Shown here: positions 48,651 to 59,256 of the stretch, piece after piece
How positions within the stretch are numbered: the first letter of the stretch is position 1
Layout of the letters: each line of letters opens with the position of its first letter
Assembly (NCBI GenBank): GCA_048938105.1
Contig: JBHLMN010000025.1
Span: 1-64,000 of the forward strand
Length of the DNA stretch: 64,000 bases
Reading direction: 5' to 3'
Source of the DNA: Promethearchaeota archaeon
GTDB taxonomy: Archaea; Asgardarchaeota; Heimdallarchaeia; Hodarchaeales; Hodarchaeaceae
The notes under the pieces: model-generated
The model's input: only the letters and a program-made list of their open reading frames with translations
What the model was told of the DNA's origin: nothing
The model's database searches: none
Translations under genes and position numbers: made by a program

Positions 48651-49040
48651 TCAACCTTTAGCTCTAGGTTCAGCTACAATTTGAATTCTATTCCCTTCAG
48701 AGTCATACATGTCAAAAAAGGAAACCAATTTTGGAATGTCAGTAATATCGGTTGTTTTTATGTCATTTTTTTCTAAATATGATTTAGCTGCATCAAGATC
48801 AGTTACATCGAAAGTAAGTATTCCTGAACCTGGAGTTATTTCGCCTTCTAGTTTTAAACTCAGTCCGAGTTTTACTCCTTTAATAGGGAGGGCTAACTCA
48901 CACCATCCTACTTCTGAACCACCATCCCAGGTAACTTTAAACCCAAATATATCAGCATAGAAATTCTTAGCACGATCGATATCCTTTACATTGTATTGAA
49001 AATATATTGAATTTTTTTTAAAAGGAAATTCTTTATTCAT
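48651..49040 (-). CDS. VOC (glyoxalase/bleomycin-resistance) family protein
   Basis: V.D..RA..FY..FGF, F.V.DL, D.EGN.I; GGTGA RBS before ATG 49040. Confidence 0.85.
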   Translation of the reverse strand: MNKEFPFKKNSIYFQYNVKDIDRAKNFYADIFGFKVTWDGGSEVGWCELALPIKGVKLGLSLKLEGEITPGSGILTFDVTDLDAAKSYLEKNDIKTTDITDIPKLVSFFDMYDSEGNRIQIVAEPRAKG

Positions 49041-49110
49041 TGCAGTTTCACCATCAAAAATAGTTGCGATCCTTTGAAATTTATATTTTTTTCTGTTTAA
49101 AATCCTTTTT

Positions 49111-49950
49111 TTAACCAAATTCAATCCTTAATTCTGTAGCATTAACCCAGAGTTCTTGAAATTTTGGTTTTAATTCCATTGCAAGTTTTTTCTGCCAGAC
49201 AAAAATCCAAGCAAAAAACTCGTCAGGGTTTACTGGATTCATTACTTTCAATAGGATTTTCTCACCATCAATAATATCAAAAGCTGTTGGTGTTAATTGA
49301 GTACGTTTTACTTCAGCTTTATCTAAAAGAACGAAAAAATGTGCTATAGAGGTAAAATATCTCTCTTCCAAGCTGCCTGGTGTAATACCGCTCAATAAGA
49401 CTTGAACAGTTACCCCCCTCTTGGTTAACATATCGATTGTGGCAATTAAATTTTGAATTATCCCCTTCTGGGGCACACGAGCTGCAACTCTGATATTAAT
49501 TATTGTTTGTAATTCCTTTTCAGCTTCACTAATTTTTTCAATATAACGATTAATTGCTTTTTCACCAAGAGCCACACTCCAGAATAAGCTATCCTCTGGT
49601 TTTATAGTTTGTAAATTGCTTAATTTCTCTTCAATCACGGCTGCTGTTGCAGTTAGAGTTTGAAGTTCGGCCCTCTTCATCTTCAAGATATTGTTTAAGG
49701 CAATTTTGGGTTCTTTTGCAATGAATTTTTTTGGTCTAGATTCTTGTCTATCAGCAAGTCCTTTGTCTTCTAAGGAACTTAAAACATCATAAACTCTTCC
49801 AAATGGGATTTTTGATTGATTAGCTATTTCTTTTGCGGTTCTAATTCCAGTTGATAATAAAGTAAGATAAGCGCGAGATTCATAGTTGGATAAACCAAGC
49901 ATTTCAAGCTCTTTAGAAGTTATTTCTGCATTATTACTAATAATATCCAC
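49111..49950 (-). CDS. TrmB-family transcriptional regulator
   Basis: GLS.YE.RAY..LL, IP..RVYDVL.SL..KGL, RP..F, IIDG. Confidence 0.9.
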   Translation of the reverse strand: MDIISNNAEITSKELEMLGLSNYESRAYLTLLSTGIRTAKEIANQSKIPFGRVYDVLSSLEDKGLADRQESRPKKFIAKEPKIALNNILKMKRAELQTLTATAAVIEEKLSNLQTIKPEDSLFWSVALGEKAINRYIEKISEAEKELQTIINIRVAARVPQKGIIQNLIATIDMLTKRGVTVQVLLSGITPGSLEERYFTSIAHFFVLLDKAEVKRTQLTPTAFDIIDGEKILLKVMNPVNPDEFFAWIFVWQKKLAMELKPKFQELWVNATELRIEFG

Positions 49951-50089
49951 CCAAGTTTTATTGATTATTCTCCTTTTTATAGTTTACAACTCTTTGTTGT
50001 GAAAATCTGAGTGAAAGGTATTAATACACCACAAATAGTTGTTATAGATATTATGATTTATAAAAATCGTAATGAGGATTGGTTAACTC

Positions 50090-50941
50090 ATGAATAAGCA
50101 TCAACTCTTAGGAATTGTACTCTCCTTAGGAGGTGCAATTATAGGAATAATAGGTGGTATGGTACTCTTTTTCCTGACCTACGAACCTTACTGGATTGCT
50201 GAGCTTGATCCTGTTAATTTAGGAGAACAGGGATGTGATATCATTATAAGGGATATTCTACCCATAATTGCTGACCTTTGTATCATTGGTGGCCTTTGTT
50301 TTGCATTAAGTGCTTATGGTTTTTTCACAGACGAAGAATGGGCTGTTTCATTAGCAGTTGTTGGAAATACACTTTGTTTGTTGGCTGGTTTCTGGCCAAC
50401 AATTCCTGCAATGCAAATGGGATTAGTTCCTCTATGGGGAATCGTGTTTATCCCCAACTTAATCATTTTCTTCATCATGACACATTATGTTGACAATATC
50501 CCATGGATTACTGTTCTATTTGCTTTAATGATGGGAATTGCCTATGTCATGGCTTTCTTGAATGGTGTAGCTAGTACAAACCGTCTAAACTTATATTCTC
50601 CTAATATAGACCTCGAAGGAACCCGATTGCCATCAATACATGCCATATTTAAGGGTTTACAACGTGTGAATTGGATTGCAGCCATCGGTTTTGGTGTTGC
50701 AACAATTGGAATACTACGTCGTCCAGAGAAAGATTGGGTACGCATAGTTGCTTTAGGATCTGCTATTCTAGAAGTTGTCGCAGGGTATCCTGTAGCTGTT
50801 ACATCATCAATAACTTTTGGAAAATTCTCCATGTTTTTCATGGCACCAATCCTTGCTACTTTATTATTAATAGTACCATTTTGGCCAAATTTATGGAAGA
50901 AACTTGCCTCCCCAAGAGCTAAATCATCAATATCTCTCTAG
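50090..50941 (+). CDS. Hypothetical polytopic membrane protein
   Basis: About 8 TM with an internal two-fold repeat; divergent from trmB. Confidence 0.75.
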   Translation: MNKHQLLGIVLSLGGAIIGIIGGMVLFFLTYEPYWIAELDPVNLGEQGCDIIIRDILPIIADLCIIGGLCFALSAYGFFTDEEWAVSLAVVGNTLCLLAGFWPTIPAMQMGLVPLWGIVFIPNLIIFFIMTHYVDNIPWITVLFALMMGIAYVMAFLNGVASTNRLNLYSPNIDLEGTRLPSIHAIFKGLQRVNWIAAIGFGVATIGILRRPEKDWVRIVALGSAILEVVAGYPVAVTSSITFGKFSMFFMAPILATLLLIVPFWPNLWKKLASPRAKSSISL

Positions 50942-51098
50942 AAGATAAACTACATCCAAAATGTATCAACTTGAATGTATTTAACTGAAAAATAGGGCTA
51001 TTTTTGGGGATATGAGAACGGTGTCTTTCTTTATATCCCCAACAACATCCAGGGATTAAAAGAGAACCTAGAAACAACTCTTCAATAGTCTAAATTAC

Positions 51099-51980
51099 AT
51101 GGGAAATAGTGAAATGGATTTTTACAATAATTTAACGGTTCTCCAAAATGAAATAGTACTTCCTTTTGACTACTCCTTCGGAGTTCCAATGCTTGTCTCT
51201 TGGATAGTTACTTTTCTGTTTTGTATTATATTAATAGATGCAGAATTAATGAATAAAAAGATAAGCTTTCTAGTTTATCTAATTACTATCATTGTTGGAG
51301 GTCTGCTATTAGGTGGTACTCCAAATGCGGTCATGCCTATCCAACAAATTCTCACAACTTTAAGTATCAAAGCTGAAGTTGGCTATCTTCTTCCAGCTAT
51401 CATCACATTATGTGTCTTGCTAACTTCTTCCATTCTTATTGGTAGGATTTTTTGTGGATTTGCGTGCCCTTTAGGCGCATTACAAGAGATAATCTCAAAA
51501 ATCAACTTTAAAACGGATTTGAAAGCACAAAAAAAGGTTAAATATCGCATTGAAGTATCCTCACAAACTCCAACCATAATACGTTGGATATTTTTAGGGA
51601 TCTTAATCCTATTTGTGTTTTGGGGTATATCGCTTCTTCCTGTATTCAATCCATTTTCTGGATTTTCGTTTCTCAAGACGCCATCAGAGCAAACACTATT
51701 ATTACCTTTTTTTGGTTTAACTATAGTGTGTATCGCTAGTGTATTCATGTACCGTCCTTGGTGTAGGTTTTTATGTCCATTTGGAGCAGGATCATCTTTC
51801 TGTAGCCAATTTGCTAGAAGCAAATATCAACGAACGGAAGATTGCACTGAATGTGGATTGTGTGAAGAAATTTGTCCAACTCAAGAGGCTGCAAAAGAGA
51901 GTAAAAAAAGTGAATGCTATTATTGCAATCGGTGTATAGAAATATGTCCTCATAATGCTATCAAACTCAATTTAGGTTGA
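51099..51980 (+). CDS. Membrane 4Fe-4S protein (NapH/MauN/Fer4_5 family)
   Basis: GR.FCG..CP.G, R.WC...CP.G, two CxxCxxCxxxCP motifs. Confidence 0.88.
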   Translation: MGNSEMDFYNNLTVLQNEIVLPFDYSFGVPMLVSWIVTFLFCIILIDAELMNKKISFLVYLITIIVGGLLLGGTPNAVMPIQQILTTLSIKAEVGYLLPAIITLCVLLTSSILIGRIFCGFACPLGALQEIISKINFKTDLKAQKKVKYRIEVSSQTPTIIRWIFLGILILFVFWGISLLPVFNPFSGFSFLKTPSEQTLLLPFFGLTIVCIASVFMYRPWCRFLCPFGAGSSFCSQFARSKYQRTEDCTECGLCEEICPTQEAAKESKKSECYYCNRCIEICPHNAIKLNLG

Positions 51981-52170
51981 AGCAAGAAGAAAAGATGACA
52001 GAGACTTTGGTAGAATTTCTACTAGCATAATTCTGCTTTTTTAAGACAATAATGATATCTAATCCCCGAACATCGCAGAAATTTGTAAATAGTAAAACTA
52101 CGAAAACCTTAAATATTACTAACTTAACAATTGTTAATTGGAAAATATTTATTCAATATAGGTGAATATA

Positions 52171-52626
52171 ATGATTTCTGACGATATTGACAGACAAATT
52201 TTGGAAATTCTAAATCGTGACGGTAGAACTAAATTTACTACTATTGCTAAGAGAATAAAACGAACTGAAGGGACAGTTCGCAACCGTGTCCGTCGTTTGC
52301 GGGAACAGGGAATTATTCAGGGATTTCGTGTTGTTACTGATCCTGAGAACCTTGGTTATGAAGGACAAGCAGTTGTTAAATTCTATTTAGAACCTAGCTA
52401 TGATACTTACGCCCAAATGGATCAACTACCTTTCTTATGTGATACAGAACAGTGTAAACTAATCTCCTTATATAGATCTAATGGTGAGAGTTCGTTCATA
52501 CTCGAAGTTCTTACTAAGAATAAACAAGATTTGGATCGCTTTGTCCATGAATTAGGTAAATTTACAGGAATAAAGGATATCGAAGTACTTATTAAAGAGC
52601 AAAAAATCTATGACCATCTTTCCTAG
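52171..52626 (+). CDS. Lrp/AsnC-family regulator
   Basis: DDID..IL..L..DGR, IA, EGTV.NRV..L...GII..F; AGGTGA RBS. Confidence 0.9.
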   Translation: MISDDIDRQILEILNRDGRTKFTTIAKRIKRTEGTVRNRVRRLREQGIIQGFRVVTDPENLGYEGQAVVKFYLEPSYDTYAQMDQLPFLCDTEQCKLISLYRSNGESSFILEVLTKNKQDLDRFVHELGKFTGIKDIEVLIKEQKIYDHLS

Positions 52627-52708
52627 TGTCCAAAATCCCCACAATATTTAAGTAGGGAGGGAGTATTATCCCTTTTGAAGATCCAGAAATTTATTAAGGG
52701 ATAAAATC

Positions 52709-53275
52709 ATGAAAGATAAAGTGAAGTTCCGATTCAGTGGACGTGGTGGGCAGGGCATTAAGTTTTTAGGAAGTGCATTGGTTCGAGTTGCAATGCTTGC
52801 CAAATACCATGCTACGCTCGCTGTTGATTATACCCCTTCAGTTCGGGGTGGCCCCATTTTTTGTGATGTTGTTCTCAGCGAAAATCCAATTTCTTACCCA
52901 TATTGTGATGGAGATGCCGATTTCTTTTTGGCAATTGACCAAAATGGGATTGAACGTGCTACAGAATGCACTAGTGACACAACAGATTGCTTTATTGATT
53001 CCGATTCAATCGATGATATAGCTGAGAAAATCATTAAGAGCCCGATGCATCGTGTTCCCATTACTAGACGTGCTGATGAAACTAATATGACTGGATCAGT
53101 AAATATTCTTTCTCTAGGATTTCTCTCTGAACATCTCAATAAGAAAAATGCCATTAACTTGACAGATGATCAATATATCCAAGTCTTTAAAAGCATGCGA
53201 AATAGTGAGAATAATATTCGAACCTTCCAAATCGGGAAAGACTTGTATCATGAAATATTTAGCAATGCTGCTTAA
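52709..53275 (+). CDS. 2-oxoacid:ferredoxin oxidoreductase gamma-subunit-like protein
   Basis: F.G.GGQGI, Y.P..RGG, I.YP, N...LG, N...F..G. Confidence 0.8.
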   Translation: MKDKVKFRFSGRGGQGIKFLGSALVRVAMLAKYHATLAVDYTPSVRGGPIFCDVVLSENPISYPYCDGDADFFLAIDQNGIERATECTSDTTDCFIDSDSIDDIAEKIIKSPMHRVPITRRADETNMTGSVNILSLGFLSEHLNKKNAINLTDDQYIQVFKSMRNSENNIRTFQIGKDLYHEIFSNAA

Positions 53276-53468
53276 AATAGAACATTAGTCATTAGAATAT
53301 TATAACAAAAATTCATCTCTGAAGTTTTTATGGATTTATTTACTATAAAATACGATAACGCGCTTTTAATGGGCCACATTTCTATTGATATGACCCTAAT
53401 CGCATTTTATTACACTAAAACGAAAAATCTTTTAAGCAGGGATTCTGGTATTATAAGAGGTTTTGATT

Positions 53469-55067
53469 ATGTTAAATCGTCCGATTTTAATATATAATGG
53501 TACTCTTGTTGACGGAACAGGAAAACCAGCTGCTCAAAATAGTGCGGTTATTATCCATGGATCTCGTATTGTTGGTGTAGGAACAGTTGGGGGTATCGAT
53601 GTCCCAAAGAATGCGGAAATTTTTGATGCAACAGGAAAAACTATTATTCCAGGCTTCATAGACAGTCATACTCATTTTATTTTGATGGGAGTTCGAACGC
53701 TCACTACTATAGATCTTTCTAATACAAAATCTATCTTAGAGCTCGTGGAGCAGGTCAAAGCAAGATTGACTAACCTGCCAAAAAGAACATGGCTTAGTGG
53801 CCATGGATGGGACGAAAGCGGTTGGTTTGAGAAAAGATATCCAACGAAAAAAGATCTTGATCATATATCTCCTAATAATCCCGTGGTTCTCACTCCTTGT
53901 TATGGACACTTAATGTCAGTTAATTCTCGCGCACTCGAGCTGGCAGAAATAACCAAAGAGACTGTCGACCCTTCAGGGGGGAAAATTGATCGAGATCCGA
54001 TAACAGGAGAACCAATAGGCGTACTGAGGGAGGAAGCAATGACATTAATAGATAATATTAAACCTCTTATTACAAAAGAAGAATCCTTGAAAGGTTTGCA
54101 TAAGGCTTGCGAAATCTCATTGAGTTGGGGCTGTACGAGTATCCACGAACTTGAAGCACAAGCTCTCGACTTCCGTACCTACCAAACTGCTCTTGAACAG
54201 GGAAACCTCAGAGTGAGAGCTTATGTCATGCCCACAGCGCGGTTCACTGAGAAGATGTTGGATGGAATACAGACTCTTGGTGTTAGAACATTTTTTGGGG
54301 ATGAATTTCTTAGAATCGGAGCTGTGAAGATCTATATAGATGGGTCAATGGGAGCTCGCACTGCAGTATTTTCTGAACCATATTCAGATGATCCTTCAAC
54401 CAAAGGGATTTTTACTATATCTCCCGAAGAGCTTGAACAAAGAGTGATAAGAGCGCATAAATTAGGAATGCAAGTTGCCATTCATGCTATTGGTGACAGA
54501 GGAATTGAAGAAGCCCTTAATGCTATTGAAGTGGCACTTGAACAAGAACCAAGGAAAGATCATAGGCATAGAGTCGAGCACTGCGAAATACTAACAGCTG
54601 ATCAGATCCTTAGGATAAAGCGTCTTGGAATTATTCCATCAATGCAACCAAACTTTGTTGGAGAGTGGGGACAACGAGGAGGGATGTATGAACAACGTTT
54701 AGGGCCAAATCGCCTTAAACTTAACAATCCCTACCGAAGGTTGCTTGATGAGAATATCACAGTGACATTCGGCTCTGACTGTGGTTATTGCCCCCCTTGG
54801 CCTTTTAACCCAATGTATGGAATTTGGTCTGCTGTAAATCACCCTATAAAAGAGAATAGAATCTCTTTAGAAGAAGCTGTAAGATGTTATACCCTTAATG
54901 GAGCATATGCTTCTTTTGAAGAAGATATCAAAGGGACAGTCGAACCTGGTAAACTTGCTGACATTGCCATTCTCTCTAAAGATTTAACTTCCATCCCTCC
55001 AGAAGAAATCAAGGATATAACAGTCGAATTGACCATGGTAAATGGCAGAATCCAATGGAGAGCTTAA
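53469..55067 (+). CDS. YtcJ-like metal-dependent amidohydrolase
   Basis: PGFIDSHTH, G.GWD, K...DGS.GARTA, HAIGD, R.EH, GSD, GKLAD. Confidence 0.9.
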   Translation: MLNRPILIYNGTLVDGTGKPAAQNSAVIIHGSRIVGVGTVGGIDVPKNAEIFDATGKTIIPGFIDSHTHFILMGVRTLTTIDLSNTKSILELVEQVKARLTNLPKRTWLSGHGWDESGWFEKRYPTKKDLDHISPNNPVVLTPCYGHLMSVNSRALELAEITKETVDPSGGKIDRDPITGEPIGVLREEAMTLIDNIKPLITKEESLKGLHKACEISLSWGCTSIHELEAQALDFRTYQTALEQGNLRVRAYVMPTARFTEKMLDGIQTLGVRTFFGDEFLRIGAVKIYIDGSMGARTAVFSEPYSDDPSTKGIFTISPEELEQRVIRAHKLGMQVAIHAIGDRGIEEALNAIEVALEQEPRKDHRHRVEHCEILTADQILRIKRLGIIPSMQPNFVGEWGQRGGMYEQRLGPNRLKLNNPYRRLLDENITVTFGSDCGYCPPWPFNPMYGIWSAVNHPIKENRISLEEAVRCYTLNGAYASFEEDIKGTVEPGKLADIAILSKDLTSIPPEEIKDITVELTMVNGRIQWRA

Positions 55068-55126
55068 ATGTTCATCTTTTTTTTCTAAAAAAGGAATAGC
55101 GGTATTAACCATTAATTTAAATGCAA

Positions 55127-55606
55127 TTAAAGCTCTTTCTGCAGATTTTCTCCATAGCTGGATAAGGAAGAGTCGTATTTAATTGCCTCCTCTGAATTTA
55201 TCAATTCATATTCATTTAACATTTTTCTATGACTTTCAGACCAGTCACCTAGTTGGTCATGCATTTTAATATAATTTGTAGGCATAGGATGCGTTCCCAC
55301 AATAACAGGTAACTCAGTATACTCCTCGATGAATTTTTTAAGAACATCCAAATAAAGACATGGAGGATAACCTGCCAATACTCCTGTGGCAAAATGAATT
55401 GCTTGAGCCCCATACTTTTTCATTCCCATGACTGCATTTTCAACATTTCCTCCAGGACAACCACCACAGGTTGTATAAGAAACCACTTCTAAAGATTCCT
55501 CTTTTGAGTAACGTCTAAAAGCTCCCTCTCGATTTCTAACTGCACGAAAACACTTCCCTCCTTCGCATGATTTATAGCGATCACATATTATTATACCAAT
55601 TCTCAT
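55127..55606 (-). CDS. CGGC domain protein
   Basis: IIIC, C.G.KC, TCGGCPG, IH, PPC, GTH. Confidence 0.88.
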   Translation of the reverse strand: MRIGIIICDRYKSCEGGKCFRAVRNREGAFRRYSKEESLEVVSYTTCGGCPGGNVENAVMGMKKYGAQAIHFATGVLAGYPPCLYLDVLKKFIEEYTELPVIVGTHPMPTNYIKMHDQLGDWSESHRKMLNEYELINSEEAIKYDSSLSSYGENLQKEL

Positions 55607-55713
55607 TTTAATTCCCAGATCTTTACTCAGTTATACTCATTTTAAAACTTCCTTATTACAGAGTTATAAGAGATAAAAAGGAGAAAAGAATGAAGATTAG
55701 CTAATGATAATTA

Positions 55714-56088
55714 TTATTCTTTCTTTTTCTCTACTAATTCTTGCAATCTTTTCTCAATAACTTCCATCTCTTTCTTCAAACTTGTAAGAGTCTGTTCTAG
55801 AAATTTTGATTCTTCTTTCGGATCTAGAGTAGGAGGAGCAATTGGATAAGGAGGAACTACTTCTGAGGAATAAGGATATGGATAGTAGAAAGGCCCGAAA
55901 TCTCGTCCCCAACCTATATCCAGTCCAGCACGGCCCCAACCACGGCCCCAACCGCGTCCTCCACCGCGACCCCAACCCATGCCTGGCCCCTTGGTATATC
56001 CAGGACTAGAGAAACCACTACAATATCCCAGTCCTCGGCCAGTTCTAGCTCCAAATCCCCATGGTCCAGTTCTATCTCCTCTTGGCAT
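55714..56088 (-). CDS. DUF5320-family protein (RG-rich, C-terminal coiled coil)
   Basis: MPRGDRTGP.G.G..TGRG.G.C.G. Confidence 0.88.
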   Translation of the reverse strand: MPRGDRTGPWGFGARTGRGLGYCSGFSSPGYTKGPGMGWGRGGGRGWGRGWGRAGLDIGWGRDFGPFYYPYPYSSEVVPPYPIAPPTLDPKEESKFLEQTLTSLKKEMEVIEKRLQELVEKKKE

Positions 56089-56128
56089 TTTATCACCAAT
56101 GAGCTATTGCACAAAACTTCCTTATAAA

Positions 56129-56148
56129 TTTTGTGCATATGCACAAAA
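56129..56148. promoter_or_regulatory. 20-bp palindromic operator TTTTGTGCATATGCACAAAA
   Basis: Perfect palindrome upstream of DUF5320; degenerate second site at 56097-56116. Confidence 0.7.
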
Positions 56149-56190
56149 CTCAAATCGCTATTTCAAATGATTTTCCTCATCTTAAAGTAC

Positions 56191-56970
56191 TTATTCTTTT
56201 AAGAAAACATATTTCTCGGTGTAATTTTTAAAAAATTTATATCCTCCACCTTCCTGTATAATCTTCATTGTTAATTTGGAGTCGATTATTCTTGAACTTC
56301 CAACAGCTGAAAATCCAAGATCAAAAGCTAATTTAGGAAAGATCTGAGCTGATGGCCCAACAAGGACTTTTTTTCCAGATACATAAGGTAATAAATGGAT
56401 GATCTCATCAAAGTTATCAAATAACAAAGCTGAACCAGAAATAAGGATAATATCAACTTCATTAAGATCTGATACCTTATAAACTTGAGTAATACTGTTT
56501 ATATGTGTTGGTGGCATAAATTTGTCTAAAATCCTCATTGAGACGCCTTCTTTTGCCAAATAAGAAGAAATTGGATGGACATTCCCTACCATTCCTACCA
56601 CCATGCCAGGTAATGGTGTAAAAATCTCGATAATATTGTTACATGATGCATCAGAAAAATTAATATGAGCTTGACAATAAGCGTTAAGTGCAGCAACCCC
56701 AATTGATCTTAATATAGCATAAGGGGAAGAACAATATTCAATTAATTCAATTAAGGTTTTATCTGAAAGAAATCCTTTACGGAGAAGACGATGGTACCCC
56801 TCATGGTCGATTGAACGATCCGTTAATGTGAAGGATACTCCAGTTGTGTTATCTTCTAATTCAATTCCTGTATAGAGAACTCCTACAACTACTTTTTTAA
56901 TAAACAAATTCTTAGTTGGTTTAATTAATTTTAGAGCTCGTTTCGAAATTTTTGCAAGTTGAGAAGACAT
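56191..56970 (-). CDS. DUF364 / Rossmann-like putative metal-binding protein
   Basis: G..YT, SIG.AALNA, VGMVG...P, ISGSAL, GPSA, GG. Confidence 0.8.
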   Translation of the reverse strand: MSSQLAKISKRALKLIKPTKNLFIKKVVVGVLYTGIELEDNTTGVSFTLTDRSIDHEGYHRLLRKGFLSDKTLIELIEYCSSPYAILRSIGVAALNAYCQAHINFSDASCNNIIEIFTPLPGMVVGMVGNVHPISSYLAKEGVSMRILDKFMPPTHINSITQVYKVSDLNEVDIILISGSALLFDNFDEIIHLLPYVSGKKVLVGPSAQIFPKLAFDLGFSAVGSSRIIDSKLTMKIIQEGGGYKFFKNYTEKYVFLKE

Positions 56971-57058
56971 CTATTTAGCCTCACAAATAACAAAGGAGTT
57001 TTAATTCTTCTTTCATCAATTGACATATAAAGAGTAGATTCCTCTTAATTCCCCCTAT

Positions 57059-57856
57059 TTACGAATTTTTAGTTTTTGATAGAATTTTCTCAACAATAGG
57101 ATTGAAATACTTAAAAGCCTGTGTAATCCCTTGATCCTCATCAGCTCTGATTTTAGGATCAAAAGGAATCTGTCCAAGAAGTTCGGTTCCAAATTCTTTA
57201 GCCATTCTTTCTCCACCCCCTTCTCCAAAAATTGCATGTTTTTTCCCACAAGAGGGACAGACAAACCCTGACATGTTTTCTATTATCCCAATGACTGGAC
57301 GATCCATTTTCCTTGACATGACAAGTGATTTTCCCGTATCTAAGAGACTCATTTCTTGCGGGGTAGTAACAATCACAACTCCATCCATATCTGGAATTAT
57401 TTGCATAATAGAAATAGCTTCATCTCCTGTTCCAGGTGGTAAATCAAAAATTAACACCTCTAAATCGCCCCAGATGAAGTCTGTTAGAAATTGTCGAAGA
57501 GCTTTGATCTTTAAAGGACCACGCCAAACGACAGGTGTGGAAGTTGTCTCTAAAAAAAAGGCCATAGATACTATCTTAAGATCCAGAGGTCCTTTCATTG
57601 GATGAAACTTCTCATTTTCAGGAGGGTCTAATCTTCCAGCCTCCACACCTAATATTTTTGGAATATTAGGGCCCGAAAAATCTAAATCAGCAATTCCAAC
57701 CTTACCAGGAAACTTTTCCGCAAAACCTAAGGCAAGATTGGCCGCGACTGTTGACTTTCCTACACCTCCTTTACCCGAAAGAACTACAATTTTTCGTTTA
57801 ATTCTTTTCATGTAAGAATCGATTTCTTCTTGTTGTTTTTGTAAGTTTTTTTGCAT
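57059..57856 (-). CDS. mrp: Mrp/NBP35 (ApbC) Fe-S carrier ATPase
   Basis: SGKGGVGKST, D.D..GP, WRGP, DLPPGTGD, VTTPQ, ENMS.F.CP.C. Confidence 0.92.
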   Translation of the reverse strand: MQKNLQKQQEEIDSYMKRIKRKIVVLSGKGGVGKSTVAANLALGFAEKFPGKVGIADLDFSGPNIPKILGVEAGRLDPPENEKFHPMKGPLDLKIVSMAFFLETTSTPVVWRGPLKIKALRQFLTDFIWGDLEVLIFDLPPGTGDEAISIMQIIPDMDGVVIVTTPQEMSLLDTGKSLVMSRKMDRPVIGIIENMSGFVCPSCGKKHAIFGEGGGERMAKEFGTELLGQIPFDPKIRADEDQGITQAFKYFNPIVEKILSKTKNS

Positions 57857-57951
57857 TTAATCTTCCTTCATCAATTGTTTTGACTTTCTATCTATTGAGA
57901 TCCATTTATTTTTTCACAAATTCACTTTTTTTCTGTATTAAATCTATACAT

Positions 57952-59256
57952 CTATTCGGTTTTTTGGGCTTTTTTTTGATAAATTACGAATCCCTCCAGA
58001 ATTTCTTGAATTGTTTCACCATGAAATTGATATAATAAGACATTATTCTCAGTAAGAACCGCTTTAGGACCAATACCAAAGGTTGTGGTATCCTTAATTG
58101 CAAGTACGTCTATTCCCTCTTTCACCAGAAATTTAGCACTTAAAATTCCTCGTTTTCTTTCAGCCTGTCTATGAGGATTCTCTACTATTTTTTCTGTAAG
58201 AATTGTTTTTCTTAGAATATCAATATCAGTAAGTAGAAATGCTGGTGCTAGTCCAAAATGCTCTGTAGGAATTTCATTTGTGTTAATATCAATAGAGGAA
58301 ACAGCTATTGCAACTTTGAAATGAGTTTTTACAATAGGCTTAACACTTATCATGATACTATCTAGTTGAGGTATTTTTTCCTTCAATGATGATTCTAATT
58401 GGTGAGTCACATCAGCAAGGGATTTTACTGTCTCTGTGGCTTGCATTTGAATTTTAATATCTGCAAAATAAAAAGGGCCAGAGCGTCTAATTCTAATATT
58501 TGACACCTCTTGAACCTCGGGAGATTGTATCACGACTGATCGTATTTGTTTAATTATATCAGGATCATCAATGGCATCTAAAAGGGTTAAAAGGGAATTT
58601 TTACCAAATCCCAACCCAGTTTTAATAATAAGAATACTAATCACTAAACCAACCAATCCTTCCAATTGAGGAAATTCCACTAAATGAGCTAAAATTCCCA
58701 AAAAGACTAATGAATTGGTAATAATATCTAATTGAAATTCTTTGGCTGTCCCGATCATTGCATTAGAGGCTATTTTGGTACCAATTTTCAAATTATAACG
58801 ATAAAGAAAAAATGCTGCGAAAATAAAGATTAGGGAAATCATTAACCCGAAAACAGGCTGAAATAACGTATTGGGGGCCAAAATAATACTAATACTTTCA
58901 ATAAAAACACTTATACCAAACAAAAGAATGAAAATAGCGACAATTAAGGTAGCTAATGTTTCCATTCGGTAATATCCATAAGGGAATCGAGCTGATGGAT
59001 CCTTTTGAGAGTAACGAAGACCTAAAAGAACTGCTAAAGTTGCTATTAGATCTGTTAGAGCATCCAAGCCAGAAGCAAGTAAGGCGATACTTCCAATAAA
59101 TATTCCTGTAGCAATTTTAAAAATAACCAAGAGAATGTTGCATATCATTGTTATAAATGTAGCCCTTTCTCCTTCAGCTAATAGAACCTTTCTATCCTGC
59201 TCTTTTATGGAGCTCACCCTCTTTATAGCTGTAATAACTCTTGAATTTCTAACCAC
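57952..59256 (-). CDS. Cation diffusion facilitator with C-terminal NifB/NifX-like domain
   Basis: GS.ALLA...D..TD, FPYGY.R.E, R.R.SG, HFG.AP.F, NP; the start is probably nearer 59208-59217. Confidence 0.88.
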   Translation of the reverse strand: MVRNSRVITAIKRVSSIKEQDRKVLLAEGERATFITMICNILLVIFKIATGIFIGSIALLASGLDALTDLIATLAVLLGLRYSQKDPSARFPYGYYRMETLATLIVAIFILLFGISVFIESISIILAPNTLFQPVFGLMISLIFIFAAFFLYRYNLKIGTKIASNAMIGTAKEFQLDIITNSLVFLGILAHLVEFPQLEGLVGLVISILIIKTGLGFGKNSLLTLLDAIDDPDIIKQIRSVVIQSPEVQEVSNIRIRRSGPFYFADIKIQMQATETVKSLADVTHQLESSLKEKIPQLDSIMISVKPIVKTHFKVAIAVSSIDINTNEIPTEHFGLAPAFLLTDIDILRKTILTEKIVENPHRQAERKRGILSAKFLVKEGIDVLAIKDTTTFGIGPKAVLTENNVLLYQFHGETIQEILEGFVIYQKKAQKTE

